Shown here: positions 39,725-53,431 of the stretch, in pieces
Position numbering within the stretch: position 1 is the first letter of the stretch
Layout: each line of letters starts with the position of its first letter
Assembly (NCBI GenBank): GCA_002633005.1
Contig: NMRA01000235.1
Location: forward strand, 535,697 to 599,696
Direction of reading: 5' to 3'
Source of the DNA: Phoronis australis
Taxonomy: Eukaryota > Animalia > Phoronida
Length of the DNA stretch: 64,000 bases
Notes under the pieces: model-generated
Told to the model about the DNA's origin: nothing
The model's input: the letters and a program-made list of their open reading frames with translations, nothing else
Database searches by the model: none
Made by a program: the position numbers and the translations under genes

Positions 39725-40739
39725 CTATAAGGAAATGTATTTTTCAAAACTATGTTGGAGCAACAGCAGCGACAGGAACCGTCTAATGTAAAAGTTGCTA
39801 TCACATGCTTTCCAAATCAACGAACAACCAGGTGATATCCGAAAGACATTTAATCCAACCTGGTCTTGAATTATGTGGCTGTATACTCCTCTCCAATCAC
39901 TTTGTTGAATTTATTCATGAGCCATAATGATTGCTCAATTTTTGTATGAGAACCCGTCTTGATTTATTTGAGTCCACTGCTTTCAAGCGACGTTTTGCTA
40001 ACTCAATTCACCACTATGTAGAAAAACGGATCAAAAAGAACCTGTTCTTAATAAAATGACTATGAATTTCTCCTACTCAAGCTGGAAGATACGCCTGCTT
40101 AAGGAATCATATTCGACTGTAATCACTCACTAAAAAGAAGTTACTGAAGTGAGACAGTCTCAACATTCGTCTCTACAACAAAGCTGGTCAAAATATCCCA
40201 TACCGCAAAAATTAAAGACTGAACAACCCGATCGTCCTTTAACAATGTACTAAACTAAGCAAACAGGAACAACAGGATTTTCAGCTAAATCAGAAAATCC
40301 AAAATCCCATTGAGAAACTTGAAATGGAAAAAAGCAACTACTCCTCGTCTACTTCATGTGTTCATTCATACATTTAGATGTTAAACAAGATAAACCATGT
40401 TTCAAGTAAAATCCAGTTAACTCCTGTAAGAGACAAAGCAATCGACGTGAACTGCAAGAAATAAGTAACACACCTTTCCAGCATCCTTCGGCCAGGACTT
40501 AATGAGAGCCATCAAAATAACTCGCTCGTATAACTGATAATACTCAGCGATTAAAGCAAAATAATACACCTAAATCGATTCACTTAAGCAAAGGTTCAAA
40601 CAGCACGCCACAGCTCCGGACTTGCCATTACTGTTGTCCGAAATTAAAAAAGTATGTTGTAGATCAGTGTGCGACAAATTTACGCACAGTTTTTAGAGGC
40701 ACTTCACCACTGTGTTGCAGTGGATTGGGTAATTCCAAA

Positions 40740-40779
40740 CACACACCGACACACACACACATATATATACACTCCCTCA

Positions 40780-40836
<57 letters not shown>
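40740..40836. repeat. (CA)n/(TA)n microsatellite
   Basis: Visible dinucleotide runs. Confidence 0.95.
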
Positions 40837-40838
<2 letters not shown>

Positions 40839-41249
40839 TCGTACTTTTTACTCCGATATTCACTAGGTTTAACCAAAGCTCTTGATAAACATAAATTATT
40901 GGTTACTGGGCTTTAAAAAGTTGATAGGTGTAGCAACAAGGCATTAGTCGAATAAGATGCTAAAATGTTGCCATGGGTTAAGAAGCTACAACTTAATTTC
41001 TTAGCGGAATTCGCGCAATAAACATAAAATAACACCTAAAGTTAAGTCATATCCACGATCCTAATTTCCTTGAATGTGTAACCTCAGCGTCATTTACGGA
41101 ATGACATCACGTGATGTTCTTGGCCGTTACTCAGTTCACCCTTACAATCTCTTCGCCAGTGCCCTTTACCATGAGTAACAATTCTGATCGAGGTCAAGTC
41201 TCTGGACACAACAGTTCAAAGAGTTTTAAAACCCCGTCAACAGACTTAC

Positions 41250-41336
41250 ATGGCCATTGTTGTGATGGGCATTGGTCCCCCAGTAGCTGATGAGGTTGTC
41301 GGTAACCTTTTTGATCCTACCACTTCCATGGATGTC
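41250..41336 (-). CDS. Ser/Thr-rich mucin-like repeat exon (87 nt, phase 2-2)
   Basis: tctcatttatag|g TSMEVVGSKRLPTTSSATGGPMPITTMA at|gtaagt. Confidence 0.7.
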
Positions 41337-41579
41337 CTATAAATGAGAGAGACAGATTTCAAAAACCTGCTGGTGCCAATACGTAAACAACGACAATGTA
41401 ACAACAATGTTGTTTGCAGTAGTTGCTTAAACAAGATGAGCAACTTTTCAATGAAATCCTAGTGCACTCTTCTAAGAGACAAAGCACGTTATCTGGACTG
41501 CAAAGATATCTCACGCCCTCTATCACCCTTCCTCAGCCAAGCGATTAGAAGATCAACCGCAATAACTTCATAAAGAGAC

Positions 41580-42222
41580 TGGTAAAATGAACATTCACAC
41601 AAGACACCAATTCCTATCTGCTTGTTGTATGTACAAATGTTTTAAAGGTCTTGTCCCATCTTACTTATGTGCTAAGTTTAAGATGACTACTAATCGATAC
41701 AATACTAGGTCCTCATCATCATCTGATTTCAATCTTCCTAAACGCAGAAGCGAAACTGGGAAAAATCACTTCCCTTTTTATGGAACTCTCTCCTTGCAAA
41801 TGCCAAATCTACATCATCCTTTCTAACCTTAAAACATTTATAAGAAATAGATTTAGCTCCATGTATTGTCTAAGAATTGCATGTTTATTCATTTGTTATT
41901 TATATGATGTCATACTTTTATTAATTATTTATTGTCTGTTTTATTTTTTGAAATTTATATTTATATTTGTTTTATTTTTAGTTTATTATCTTGTCTTAAT
42001 TTCTTTTTCTTTTATTTATCATATTTTACTTTTTATTTTGCTTCATCAGTCTTTCCATGTTAATTTCTGATTCTTTGCTTATTACTTAAATTTGTCTTTC
42101 ATCTTGTAATTCTGTTTTTGTCTTGCTATCTGTTTGTTTATTACTGAGGGCTCCCATGGAAAGCAGTGTGAACCGATGGGGCTACCCTCATTGTAAATAT
42201 TACATTATTAAAATAATAATAA
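41580..42222 (+). mobile_element. 5'-truncated L2-type LINE
   Basis: ORF2 C-terminus MYKCFKGLVPSYL...RYNTRSS...FNLPK..SETGK..F.FYG, a T-rich 3' UTR, a terminal stem-loop gagggctcccat...atggggctaccctc, and a short-repeat tail. Confidence 0.85.
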
Positions 42223-45200
42223 AAGAAGACGCCACCCCACTCATCCACGTAAGCTGAACTTCAAACAACAAGCCACATTGATAAATTCTTTACACCAACA
42301 ACATGCAGGAACAGTCAGTCACACTCTGTTATTCTTCTCTTTCAGATTTCGAGCCACTGCCCTATCTCAGTTGCTTCAAAAAATAAATAAGTTTGATATT
42401 AAATGTTTCGAAATAGTCTTACACAGTTCAGGCAAGATTCACTTTCTCAATTATTTGCAAAACTGCAACTTAAAGGATAAGCTAGACAGTCACTTAGAGA
42501 CTTCAATCACAATTACGCAATACTGAGTGATGCTTTGACTCATTCAAAAATAACACTTTGGTCCAAATATGAACACGCCGCTAACTTGTTGGTTACACAT
42601 GGTTTCTTATTACCCATTCCTTACCGAGTTACACTGTAAACACAAACCAGGGCAACACCTCACAACACTCAATCCAAGCTACCACCCAATTATAACCTCA
42701 AAGTATACCACACGGCTCTCTATAAAATCTATTGATTCTGTCAAGCAAGCTATTTTTGATACATTTGGGAAAGTGAAAAGTGACTTGATCAAATCAAGAG
42801 GTGAAATACAGCCGTCATAAACAACAGCGTACAAACAAAAGAGGGTACCCCAAAAATGGCTCTTACATGAAGATATTACTAAAACAAGTGACCTACTCGA
42901 ATTGACAAGTTTAATCGACGCCTACTTTACCTTAATCGGGCAATCCCTTTTCTCAGAATAAATATTGATTAAGTAATTAGTAAGAATAGAATCATTTTAA
43001 GTTGCCCAAAATTTGTGCATATCTTGTAAATGTTTATGTGTTTGAAAAAAGTTCAAATTCTGTTTTCTTGGCAAGGACAAGGGCTAACGAACAGGAAGTT
43101 AACTAAGAGCTTGTCACTTGCATTGTGGGTAGTAAGGTACTACCTGAAGTGTTGCGTCATCAGCCACAGACTGTGACCATCAAGAAGAGTCGCGAGTAGA
43201 AGAAATTGCCTGCAAGTGCTGCATCACCAGAGACGGTGACTAGCAAGTACACTGTCGCTATACAGTGTGTGTAGTTCGAAGATTCACAAACATGACAGAC
43301 ATCCAACAAGTGGAGAGTCCTAGCTCGGATAGCAGATAAGACATTTGATCGTTTTGGTTGTTTGATTAAAGTAATCTTTAAAGAGGGCGCTAGCGTAGTT
43401 ACTCTTTGTAGTTGACTACTTAATTAACAATAGGATTCATTTGTCTAATTAGGGGTTATTATATAATAAATTCATTTCTGGATTTGATTATTCACTTTCC
43501 ATCTACGAACAATCTCAAAGCATAGCTACCCATTAAACAAGAAGAAAAGAATTTCAAGCATCATCTTGCCACGAAAACAGAATTTGAACTTTTTTCAAAC
43601 ACATAAACATTTACAAGATATTGTAAGGGACATGGACACAGAAAACGATCTGGTGATGCGTACTTGTCATTCAAAAATATTACATTCCCTTTGTAAAAAA
43701 CGACGATCATCAACCGATGCTCTCTAGATTGCAAAAGTAATTCATGTTTTAAGCAACATTATTATTGAAAAATGTTCATACACAACTTTATGATGGCGAC
43801 ACTCGGCTCGTCATACCTCAGAGACTCACTGAACCTACCCACCACTCTTAACAATTATCAGCCGCAATCAAGGTTGAAGCAAGCTTTCAATTAACACACC
43901 ATAAAACTATATGATATCCCCCCTACACTTATACCAGATTTGAAAAACTTATTATTACCATCACCATCAGTCACCAATGTTATTTCCCAACCCTTGGTAT
44001 TAGCGTTGACACAAAAACCTATCATGCTCCCCCACATAAACCTCATTTCGAACAAACTTTGCAAACTCGGTGGAATCATGTAACAATTGAAGTCCTATAA
44101 ACCTCTCTTACCGTACAAGTTAATTCAATTGTCCGTCCACACTAAAATAACGGCATTTAAACTTGGGATTTTGGCCACTGTGAAACACCAGACAACCCAG
44201 AAGAGTATCCTTCGAAACGAATCAAATTCAAATTATAATACCCATTTTCTATCTTCATGTATGTGTAAGGAACCTCATCAACCTCATCAAGCCGTTTTGA
44301 AAATCATAATTGCAACATTTCACGACAAGTTCCTCAACAAGCAGGTGTCCTAATTATTTTGATTAATAATTTATTTAGTAACCAGATCCCATAAAAATCA
44401 CCCAGACTCATTTAATTTGAAAGTCTAACTTACCAATCGATATGTTGCTGATACTCCCCCAAAATTTATCAAGAGCCTGTATCAGATTCGAAGTTCTTCA
44501 CTTCATTACATGTAAGTACAACAAAATGACATTTTCTGTTCTAAATATATCAAAACCACCTACTTTGCAAGCATTCTCCAGTATTATCACCAACTTCATT
44601 GTTAGCAAATATGATTCAATCTGTCATATTTCTAACTGCTTCATCTGTAATAGTATCTAAAATATTTTGTTAGCAAAACACCGAGAGTTGCCAGTCCACT
44701 CTATGGTTTCTGGTGCGTGGGTTGTTTAGCGCTACTTCACTCAGTTCTCTTCAGGGTGTCTCATGAATTTTGTCTCATCATGTATTGGCTTTTATATTTA
44801 TTGGTATTGTTTTGCCATTTTCCATTTACTTATTGATGTATAGAAGGTTTCCTAATTTTATTTACAATTATTAGGCATTGTATTATGCTTTAATGTTGAA
44901 AATTGTTGTTCTCAAAATTTTGTGGGAAAGTAGGAGCGTGTTTTAAAGGAATAATAGAAGAATATGGGGTATGAAATAAAAATAAATGTGGTTCATAAGC
45001 AAACTTTGTTAATAGTCAACACATGTGTCTACATATTACCTACAACTAAATAGCTGTGAACCAATCTGTTCAACATAGTTTCATTCAGCTGCTTGTTTGG
45101 CGTATATGTTTCGCGGTACCCGGCTCATAGAATAAATAATTACTTGTCCCAGTTAGGCAGTTGTTTGTGTTTGGTAATGGTCCCCAGTTGTAGAATAGAT

Positions 45201-47191
45201 AGTACGGGTGCCAGTTAATTGTATTATTTTAGCGAAGTAGTATTTGTTAGGCCTGTAATACTGTCTTCGTCGCGAGTCTTTCTAACGCTTTGATACATAG
45301 TGCTTGCCGAGTACTCAGACTGTGTGGTTTTCTTTATTGCACATAACCGCTTGTTCTGTTTCACCTTTCAATGCTTGTTCAGACTTTATCGCTTCACCTG
45401 TAACTCTATCGTTTGCCAATGCTCCACCGAATAAAGTGTGTAATACAAAGGGCTTCTCTAGTTATATTTTCAAGTTATCCCTGTAGCCAGACGCTGCTAA
45501 GAGTACATCAAGTAATAGTCTTATTCGAATAAGGTGCTATAGTAATACTCCACTTTCATTGATCACATCATGTAAAACTCATATTTTACCGTATTTGCGC
45601 TACATCTGAGAAAAAGTAATTCATTATTGCTGTTTACAGGAAAGAAGTTGCACATAAATCATTTAACTATATGTGTGCAGGCTATGTTTAATAATTCTGA
45701 AGCACAGAACAAATATTTTACACCCTTTATGGGATGAGCTCAAAAGAGTGCACAACAGATGTCGTGAAATGAAAACGAAAGACTATTAGTAGTCATTCAT
45801 GTCCGCGACTGTAACTACCATTTGCACGACGTCATCAGGTTCGTCAAATACACATCTGCAGTGGCCGTTACACAATAACACCAAATGATGTTCTTTACCG
45901 TAACTCGGCTCAGCCTCAAAATCTCCTGACCATTGCATATTGCCATCATTAACGGCACGACCGAGCTCAAGTCGCTGGTCTTTATATTTCAAAATGCTTG
46001 AAAACCACAACATCAGCCTTATATGGCTAAGGTTCTTTTCGGTATAGGCCCCCAAATAGCTGGGCAGAACGTTGTCCTATTTTTGTACCTATCTGTTTCA
46101 CAGATGCCCTGTGACATATTTCAAATTTACGTTGGAGCAATTACAGCGACAAGCTCAATCTAATGAAGGTTTTCTTTTCAGTGGACATTGCAAGCCATGG
46201 AACAGAACGCGGTACCAGAATGACAACGAAACTTAACTGGTCTCGAATTCTGTGTCAGTATTTTTGTCTCTAAGCAGTTAGTTCAATTTAAATATGAACC
46301 AAAACGAATCTCAAAGTATTCACATTCGTGCATCAATTTTGCATAATAAACCGCCTTGAAATAATTTAATTTACTCCGGTCAAGCCAGGTATTGCGAACT
46401 CAGATCGTCTCTACATGTATGTATAAAATTCAATTGTGGTCGATCAAAAAGAACCTCGTGATATCAATGTGGCTTTGATATCCTCTAGCCGGAAAATGCT
46501 CGTACCGAAACAACCAAGAGCGACTATTCTGAATCACTAAACTAGAAATATCTAAGTGAAACAGCCCAATATTTTCCGTCTCTAAAAGTGTGGAAAAAAT
46601 ATTCCATCTACTAGTACAGCAACGATTCGAACAAACCAACTATGGATTAGCAAAGAACCTAATTTAGAAATTAAGAATTAAACATATTTCAAAGACCCTT
46701 CAGAAAATCCAAAACAAACAGACTGTGTTTTAGCAATCCATTCAAGTCAGATGTTAAGAATAAAAAACTAGTGTACAGATCATTCAGAGAAACAAACAAC
46801 CCTCGTCACAAGGAACAGTGCACGTAGAGCATGTCATTGAGAAGTGTCAGTAGGAACGGTTCAAATTCTCCTAACTTCACGTGTCCACTTCACGTATGGT
46901 CTTAAGCAACATAAACAGTTGTTTAAATAAAATCAGTTTTTAAACTATATCACAGTCCAAGCACTAGGTCCAGAATACGAAAAAGCAACCCACACTCTAT
47001 TCCACCATCCCTCAGACAGGACCTTAGCAGATCAACCGAAGTAACTTCCATTGTTATCTGGAAGTCCATATCAATCAAAATAAAAGATTCCTTCTTATTT
47101 TCCCATAGCCATCGCTTGTTGTTATAATTAACGGCATGGGCTAGTTCAAACTAATAGACACTGTGCTTCAAATCAACATTCAATAACTTAC

Positions 47192-47278
47192 ATTGGCCCT
47201 GGTGCAGTGGGACTAGACCTCCCACCATTCGAAAAAGATGTTGATCCACTCTTTGTACCGATTAACTTTACAGACGTC
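47192..47278 (-). CDS. Ser/Thr-rich mucin-like repeat exon (87 nt, phase 2-2)
   Basis: tttcttctacag|g TSVKLIGTKSGSTSFSNGGRSSPTAPGP at|gtaagt. Confidence 0.75.
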
Positions 47279-47525
47279 CTGTAGAAGAAAGCTGGATTTA
47301 ACAAGCGTGTTAAAGAAAGAACAGAAACCAAAACCAAACAACACGTGATACCCGAATGATTATAGCAACCAAGCCGGTCTCGAAGTATGACTTTTTTTCT
47401 TTCAGCCTTTCTTACCTCGTGGCGGTTGCCCATTGTAATCAGTAACAACATGATTGAGGTGAAAATACTGGACAAAATACCAATGTGCTTCCAAACCACA
47501 TCATATAGGCCTTCATGTAACTTAC

Positions 47526-47616
47526 ATTTCCAATGTAACTGTTGTTATGGACAAAGTGTTCCCAGTAGCTGGAAAGGATGTTGCCATAGTTTCAATTGCA
47601 GCTGCTGTAATTTCCA
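47526..47616 (-). CDS. Thr/Ala-rich exon entering the repeat array (91 nt, phase 1 to 2)
   Basis: gatttttcag|tg EITAAAIETMATSFPATGNTLSITTVTLE at|gtaagt. It splices in frame to the 87-nt exon. Confidence 0.7.
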
Positions 47617-47979
47617 CTGAAAAATCACGAGAAGCTACAAACACATTACCTTCTTCAATACCACCTGTCCAAGTAAATTTAAGCAATCCAGTACCAGGAG
47701 TCTAATCACAAGCAAAATCGCGAATATTGACATTTCCAAATTCAACGTTCTTAACAAAAAACTTCCTCAAGGAGAAAAAGCAAGAAAATGTCGAACAAAA
47801 CAAATCAAGACGCAGTACATACGCACACACATACACACACACATACATACACATATATCTTATATACATAAACACACACACACATACATTTATACATATA
47901 TATGTAAAAGCATACACAAAACGCATATTTATACATATACATTCACGTCAACTCACACACATGCGCACACAAAATTATG

Positions 47980-48016
<37 letters not shown>

Positions 48017-48059
48017 ATGTATGTGTGTGTGTGCTTGAGTCTGTGTGTCTGTGCGTACA

Positions 48060-50357
48060 TGTCGCAGAAAGTGTTATTGTGTTTTTGCTTCATTCAGTTT
48101 AGTCATCGTAATACATCAATTACTGTTGTTGCTTATCACACTTTCTTAGACTAGAAGATTAGTAACGCTTCCTTTTCCTAGAACTGTTTGTTTGTCAGCA
48201 TAGTGCATCATTATTTGTTCGTCTTATTTGATTGGTTAATTCGCGTATTTCTAGTCTCTATATATAACACTTTCACGTGTGTGTCGTGCAGTAGTATCAG
48301 TAGGTTTATGAGTTGATTAGTAGTGGTTTCTCCGCATTGAGATTTGTTATACTCGTGTAACGTTTGCAGTCTTCAATATAAATGTACTAGTCAAGACTTA
48401 TCTCTCGTGTTCTTGCCTACGAACCACCTCTGCGTACGAAAGCCAAACCGCATTTCCCCGTGTACGCCGCATTTTGGTGCCGTGACCGTGGATCGAAGAC
48501 TGACTGCCTCAGTTCATCGTTCAACCCATATGCTAGCTACTTTGGACACTTCTTTGAAACGCCTGAAGTCAAAACGCGCCGCACAGAAAGGTCAAGTCAT
48601 CACCCTGCAAAACCGTCTACACGAGCTGCCCGTGACCTTCGTCATGTGAGAGCAAGCATCTACTGGGCACCCTTAACACCAAGCTGAACACCATTCGTGA
48701 ATTCAACCCTGCCATCCACTACCTTATCGATGAAGACAACGCAACCGAAAAAATGTTGGCCTATGAATCCTACATAAGTGAAATAGAAATTGCTATCGCT
48801 GAGCTCGAGGTCCACTCCGCACTCCTGTCAACACAACCTGCCGTGCTCACCACTCCCTCAACTGGAAATATACATCTACCCAAGCTGGAACTACCTCGCT
48901 TTTCTGTCGACCAATTGGACTTCCCCGCATTTTGGGACAGATACTGGGAACTACAATCAATTAGCATTCACCAAAACTCTACCTCTATAGACGATGGCTA
49001 GCTCACTCCCTTCTACCCAACTTAAAGACGGCCAGTATGAGGTGAAACTTCGTGGAAACCAGACCACGGGAATCTCTCCTCCAACTATACCGGTTCTTAC
49101 TCTCGCACTCGCGGTATGGTCAAACGTTTAGACCCCGACACTCTACCCCACTGTGACCAAAGTATTAAAAAACAATTTACCGCAGGGATAATTGAGAAAG
49201 CCTCTGGTGACCATAACGGTCATCTTATGCTACATCGAGCATGTAATCGACCTGACTCTAAAACCACACCTGTACACTTGTTATATCACTGCAGCTGCAA
49301 GGCCGACCCTGCCAGACCATCCTGGGAGACTGTCTCCAAGTAGGCCCCTCAGTAATCAATGGCTTGTGTGTCATTCTGTTGCGATTTCTTTTGCACAAAA
49401 TTGGCCTATCTGCCGACCTCGAAAAGGCCTTTCCCCAAATCCAGGTACATAAATGTGATCGAGAGTACTTTAAAGTTCTATGGCTTTTAGACCCGAATGA
49501 CCCTGGCAGTGTTTTTTTAGCCTACAGCTTTCGCACTGTACTGTTTGGTGCTGTATGCTCACCGTTTATTTTGAATGCGATATTGCGTTACCATCTTGAC
49601 CGCTTTGATAACGACCCCATTGCCTCAGACATCAAACTCAACTGTTATGTGGACAATATAATTACCAGCTGCCCTACAGTTGACCATTCACTAAAATATT
49701 TGAACGCAGTCGGGCCATCTTGAAGGCAACTGGCTCCAATTTGCGTTCCTGGGCTTCTTCGGACAAGACCGTTCGAGACACAGCTGTTAAGCATAAATTT
49801 GCTGACTCTACTTGCTCAAAAGGACTGGGCATCAATTGGGACACTCAAGCAGACAGCGTTAATCTAAAGAGCCCTCACCTTAGTGATTCCAACCCATCAA
49901 TGCCACGGCTCACAGTGTTTTATTTAGACAGGGGGGCAAAAGGTACTCGTGCTCCCCTAATCTTGACACATTTATTCCTAAAATCGGCATGGTCACACCA
50001 ATTATTGACGGCATATTGATTTTTTTCTTTGTCGGTGATGCAGAGGTGGGCCGGTGACCCTGGCCTCAGTCGACGGTCAGGCACGATATCACAGACTTGC
50101 AACCAACAATTTCAAGGGAGACTTCGAAGTGCACATTTTCTTTGAGGGGAGGTCGAATTTTCAAAAAATTGAACCTTGATTGCGAGCGTTGGCGTTCTTC
50201 CGTAGTTAGCCGGTTGCTCACGTCAGCAAGTACGCCAGTCAAATTTTTGAGTCCACTTAGTTGGCTCCTGGTCAACCCCTGTACTTAGGATGTTCGCTTC
50301 TGACAAGTGTTCAATGTTCTCTGCTCCTCCCTCATCTTACTCTCAGGAGACAAGCCG
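48060..50357 (+). mobile_element. BEL/Pao LTR retrotransposon, deleted copy 1
   Basis: LTR TG..CA at 48060-48471, PBS tggtgccgtgacc at 48475, gag HLPKLELPRF..D..FW, and RT ADLEKAF.QI...LFGAVCSPF...YVDN. Confidence 0.9.
48475..48492 (+). promoter_or_regulatory. Primer-binding site complementary to the tRNA-His 3' end
   Basis: TGGTGCCGTGACC lies 3 nt after the LTR-terminal CA, and the same site recurs at 54271. Confidence 0.8.
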
Positions 50358-50359
50358 CC

Positions 50360-50773
50360 TGTGGGGAGTACACGGGAAAATGCGGTTTGGCTGTGTACGA
50401 GGTGGTTCGTATAGGCAAGAAACACAAGAGATGAATCTTGACTAGTATATTGAAGACTGTCAACGAATGATGAGAACAACTCTCAATGCGGAGAACAAAC
50501 TACTAATCAACTCATACTACTGAAGCTACTGATACTCCTTAAAGTATGATGAAAGTGATATATATAGAGACCTGAGAAACACGAATTAGCCAATGAAATT
50601 AATGAACAAATTAGGGATGCACTATGCTGATGATAAACAGTTCTGGGAAAGGAAGTATTACTCATGTTCTGCATGCGGAGAAAGTGGTAGTAAACAACAA
50701 CAGTAAGTGATGTAATACGGTGACTAAACTAAACAAGTAATGAACCAAAAACACAATAACACATTCTGCGACA
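50360..50773 (-). mobile_element. LTR of the same BEL family in inverted orientation
   Basis: The reverse complement starts tgtcgcagaatgtgttattgtg and ends cccgtgtactccccaca. It is 414 bp against 412 bp for the first LTR, and has no PBS downstream. Confidence 0.85.
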
Positions 50774-52489
50774 NGAATAAATAATTACTGGTCCCAGTTA
50801 GGCAGTTGTTTGTGTATGGTAATGGTCCCCAGTTGCAGAATAGATAGTACGGGTGCCAGTTAATTGTGTATTTTTAGCGAGGTAGAATTTGTTAGGCCTG
50901 TAATATAGTCTCTGTCGCAAGTCTTTCTAACGCTTTGATATATAGTGCTTGCCGATTACTCAGGCTGTGTGGTTTTATTTATTGCAGTAACCGCTTGTTC
51001 TGTTTCACCTGTCAACGCTTGTTCAGACTTTTTTGCTTCACCTGTAACTCCATCGTTTGCCAATGCTCCACCGAATAAAGTGTCTCATACAAACGGCTTC
51101 TCTAATTTTATTTTCAAATTATCACTGTAGCCAGACGCTGCTAAGAGTACATCAAGTAGTAGTCTTATTCAAATAAGGTGCTATTTCAATACTTCACTTT
51201 CATTGACCACATCATGTAAAACTCATATTTTACCGCATTTGCGCTACAGATCTCATACTTTACCGTATTTGCGCTACATCTGGGAAAATGTAATCCATTA
51301 TTGCTGTTTACAGGAAAGAAGTTGTACACAAATCATTTAACCATACATGTATGTGTGCAGGCTATGTTTAATAATTCTGTAGCACAGAACAAATATTTTG
51401 CACCCTTTGTGGGATGAGCTCAAAAGAGTGCACAACAGATGTCGTGAAATGAAAACTAAAGACTATTAGCAGTCATTCATGTCCACGACTGTAACTACCA
51501 TTTGCACGACGTCATCAGATTTGTCAAATACACATCCGCAGCGGCCGTTACAGAATAACACCAAATGATGTTCTTAACCATAACTCGGCTCAGCCTCAAT
51601 ATCTCCTGACAATTGAATATTGCCATCATTAACGGTACGATCGAATTCAAGTCGCTGGTCTTTATACTTCAAAATGCTTCAAAACCACATCAGCAGACTT
51701 ATAAGACTACGGTTCTTTTCGGTATAGGCCTCCAAATAGCTGGGCAGTATGTTGTATTATTTTAGTACCTATCTGATTCACAGATACCCTATGACATATT
51801 TCAAATTTACGTTGGAGCAATTACAGCGACAAGTTCAATCTAATGAAGGTGTTGTTTTTGGTGGACATTGCAAACCATGGAAGAGAACACGGTAGCAGAA
51901 TGACACCGAAAACCTAACTGGTCTCGAATTATCTGTCAGTATTTTTGTCTCTAAGCAGTTGGTTCAATTTAAGTACGAACCAAAGCGATTCTCAAAGTAT
52001 TCACATTCTTGCATCAGTTTCGCATAATAAACCACCTTGAAGTAATTTAATTTACTCCAGTCAAACCAGGTATTGCAAACTCAGATCGTCTATATGTATA
52101 AAAATCAATTGAGGTCGATCAAAAGAACCTCGTGTTATCAATCTGGGTTTGAAATCCTCCAGCCGGAAAATGCTCGCACCGATAGAATCAAGAGCGACTG
52201 TTCTGAATCAATAAAGTAGAAATATCTAAAGGAAACAGCCTGAACATTCTCCGTCTCTACAACAGTGGTAAAAATTTCCCATCTACTAGTACAATAAAGA
52301 TTCGAACAAAACAACCTTGGCTTAGCAAAGAACCTAAGTCAGAAATTAAGAATTAAAACATATTTCACAGACCCTTGAGAAAATCCAAAACAAACAGACT
52401 GTGTTTTAGCAATCCATTCAAGTCAGATGTTAAGAATAAAAACATAAGATACAGATCATTCAGAGAAACTAACAACCCTCGTCACAAGG

Positions 52490-52726
52490 CAGAGGCGGAT
52501 CTACAGGGGGGTTCAGGGGGCTTAAACCCCCCCTCAGGACAGGATCAAAAATAGAAACTGGAAAAAAATCGCCAGAAAAACGAAATTAGCTACTAAAATT
52601 CCAAAAAAATCTTACACGGGAGCAGGGAAACCCTCTCGCGACCTTCCTTCCCCTCGGCGCTACGCGCCTCGGATTCTCTCGAATCCTAACCCCCCCCCCC
52701 TTACTGAAATCGTAGATCTGCCACTG
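52490..52726. mobile_element. hAT-like MITE with a 5-bp TSD (CAAGG)
   Basis: caagg|cagaggcggatctac...gtagatctgccactg|caagg. The empty site gtcacaaggaacag is present in the other copy near 46806. Confidence 0.9.
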
Positions 52727-53098
52727 CAAGGAACAGTGTACGGTAGAGCATGTTATTGAGAAGTGTCAGTATGAAAGGTTCAAATTCTCCTAACGTCACG
52801 TGTCCACTTCACCTATGGTCTTAAGCAACGTAAACAGCTGTTTAAAAAAATCATTTCTGAACTCAATTACAGTCCAACACTAGGTCCAGACTACGAAAAA
52901 GCAACCCACTCTCTATTCCACCACCCCTTAGACAGGACCTTAGCAGATCAACCGAAGTAACTTCCATTGTTATCTGGAATTCCATGTCAATCAAAATAAA
53001 AGATTTCATCTTATTTTCCCATAGCCATCGCTTGTTGTTATAAGTAACGGCATGGGCTAGCTCAAACTTATAGACACTGTCAACATTCAATAACTTAC

Positions 53099-53185
53099 AT
53101 TGGCCGTGCTGCAGTGGGACTAGACCTCCCACCATCTGAGAAAGATGTTGATCCACTCTTTGTTCCGATTAACTTCACAGACGTC
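53099..53185 (-). CDS. Duplicate or allelic copy of the 87-nt repeat exon
   Basis: TSVKLIGTKSGSTSFSDGGRSSPTAARP, with splice sites intact. Confidence 0.7.
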
Positions 53186-53431
53186 CTGTAGAAGAAAGCT
53201 GGAATTAACAAGCGTGCTAAAGAAAGAACAGAAATAACAACCAAACAACACGCGATACCCGAACGATAATAGCAGCCAAGTCGGTATCGAAGTATGACTT
53301 TGCTCTTTCAGGCTTTTTTATCTCGTGGACGTTGCCCATTGGAATCAGTAACAACACGATTGAGCTAAAAATACTGGACAGAATACCAATGTTCTTCCAA
53401 ACCACATCATATAGGCCTTCATGTAACTTAC

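Noticed and set aside
48060-50773. A novel element bounded by 410-bp inverted repeats
   Set aside because: The internal sequence is standard BEL gag-pol with a PBS. The inverted LTR is absent from the other copy and is better explained as a second insertion.
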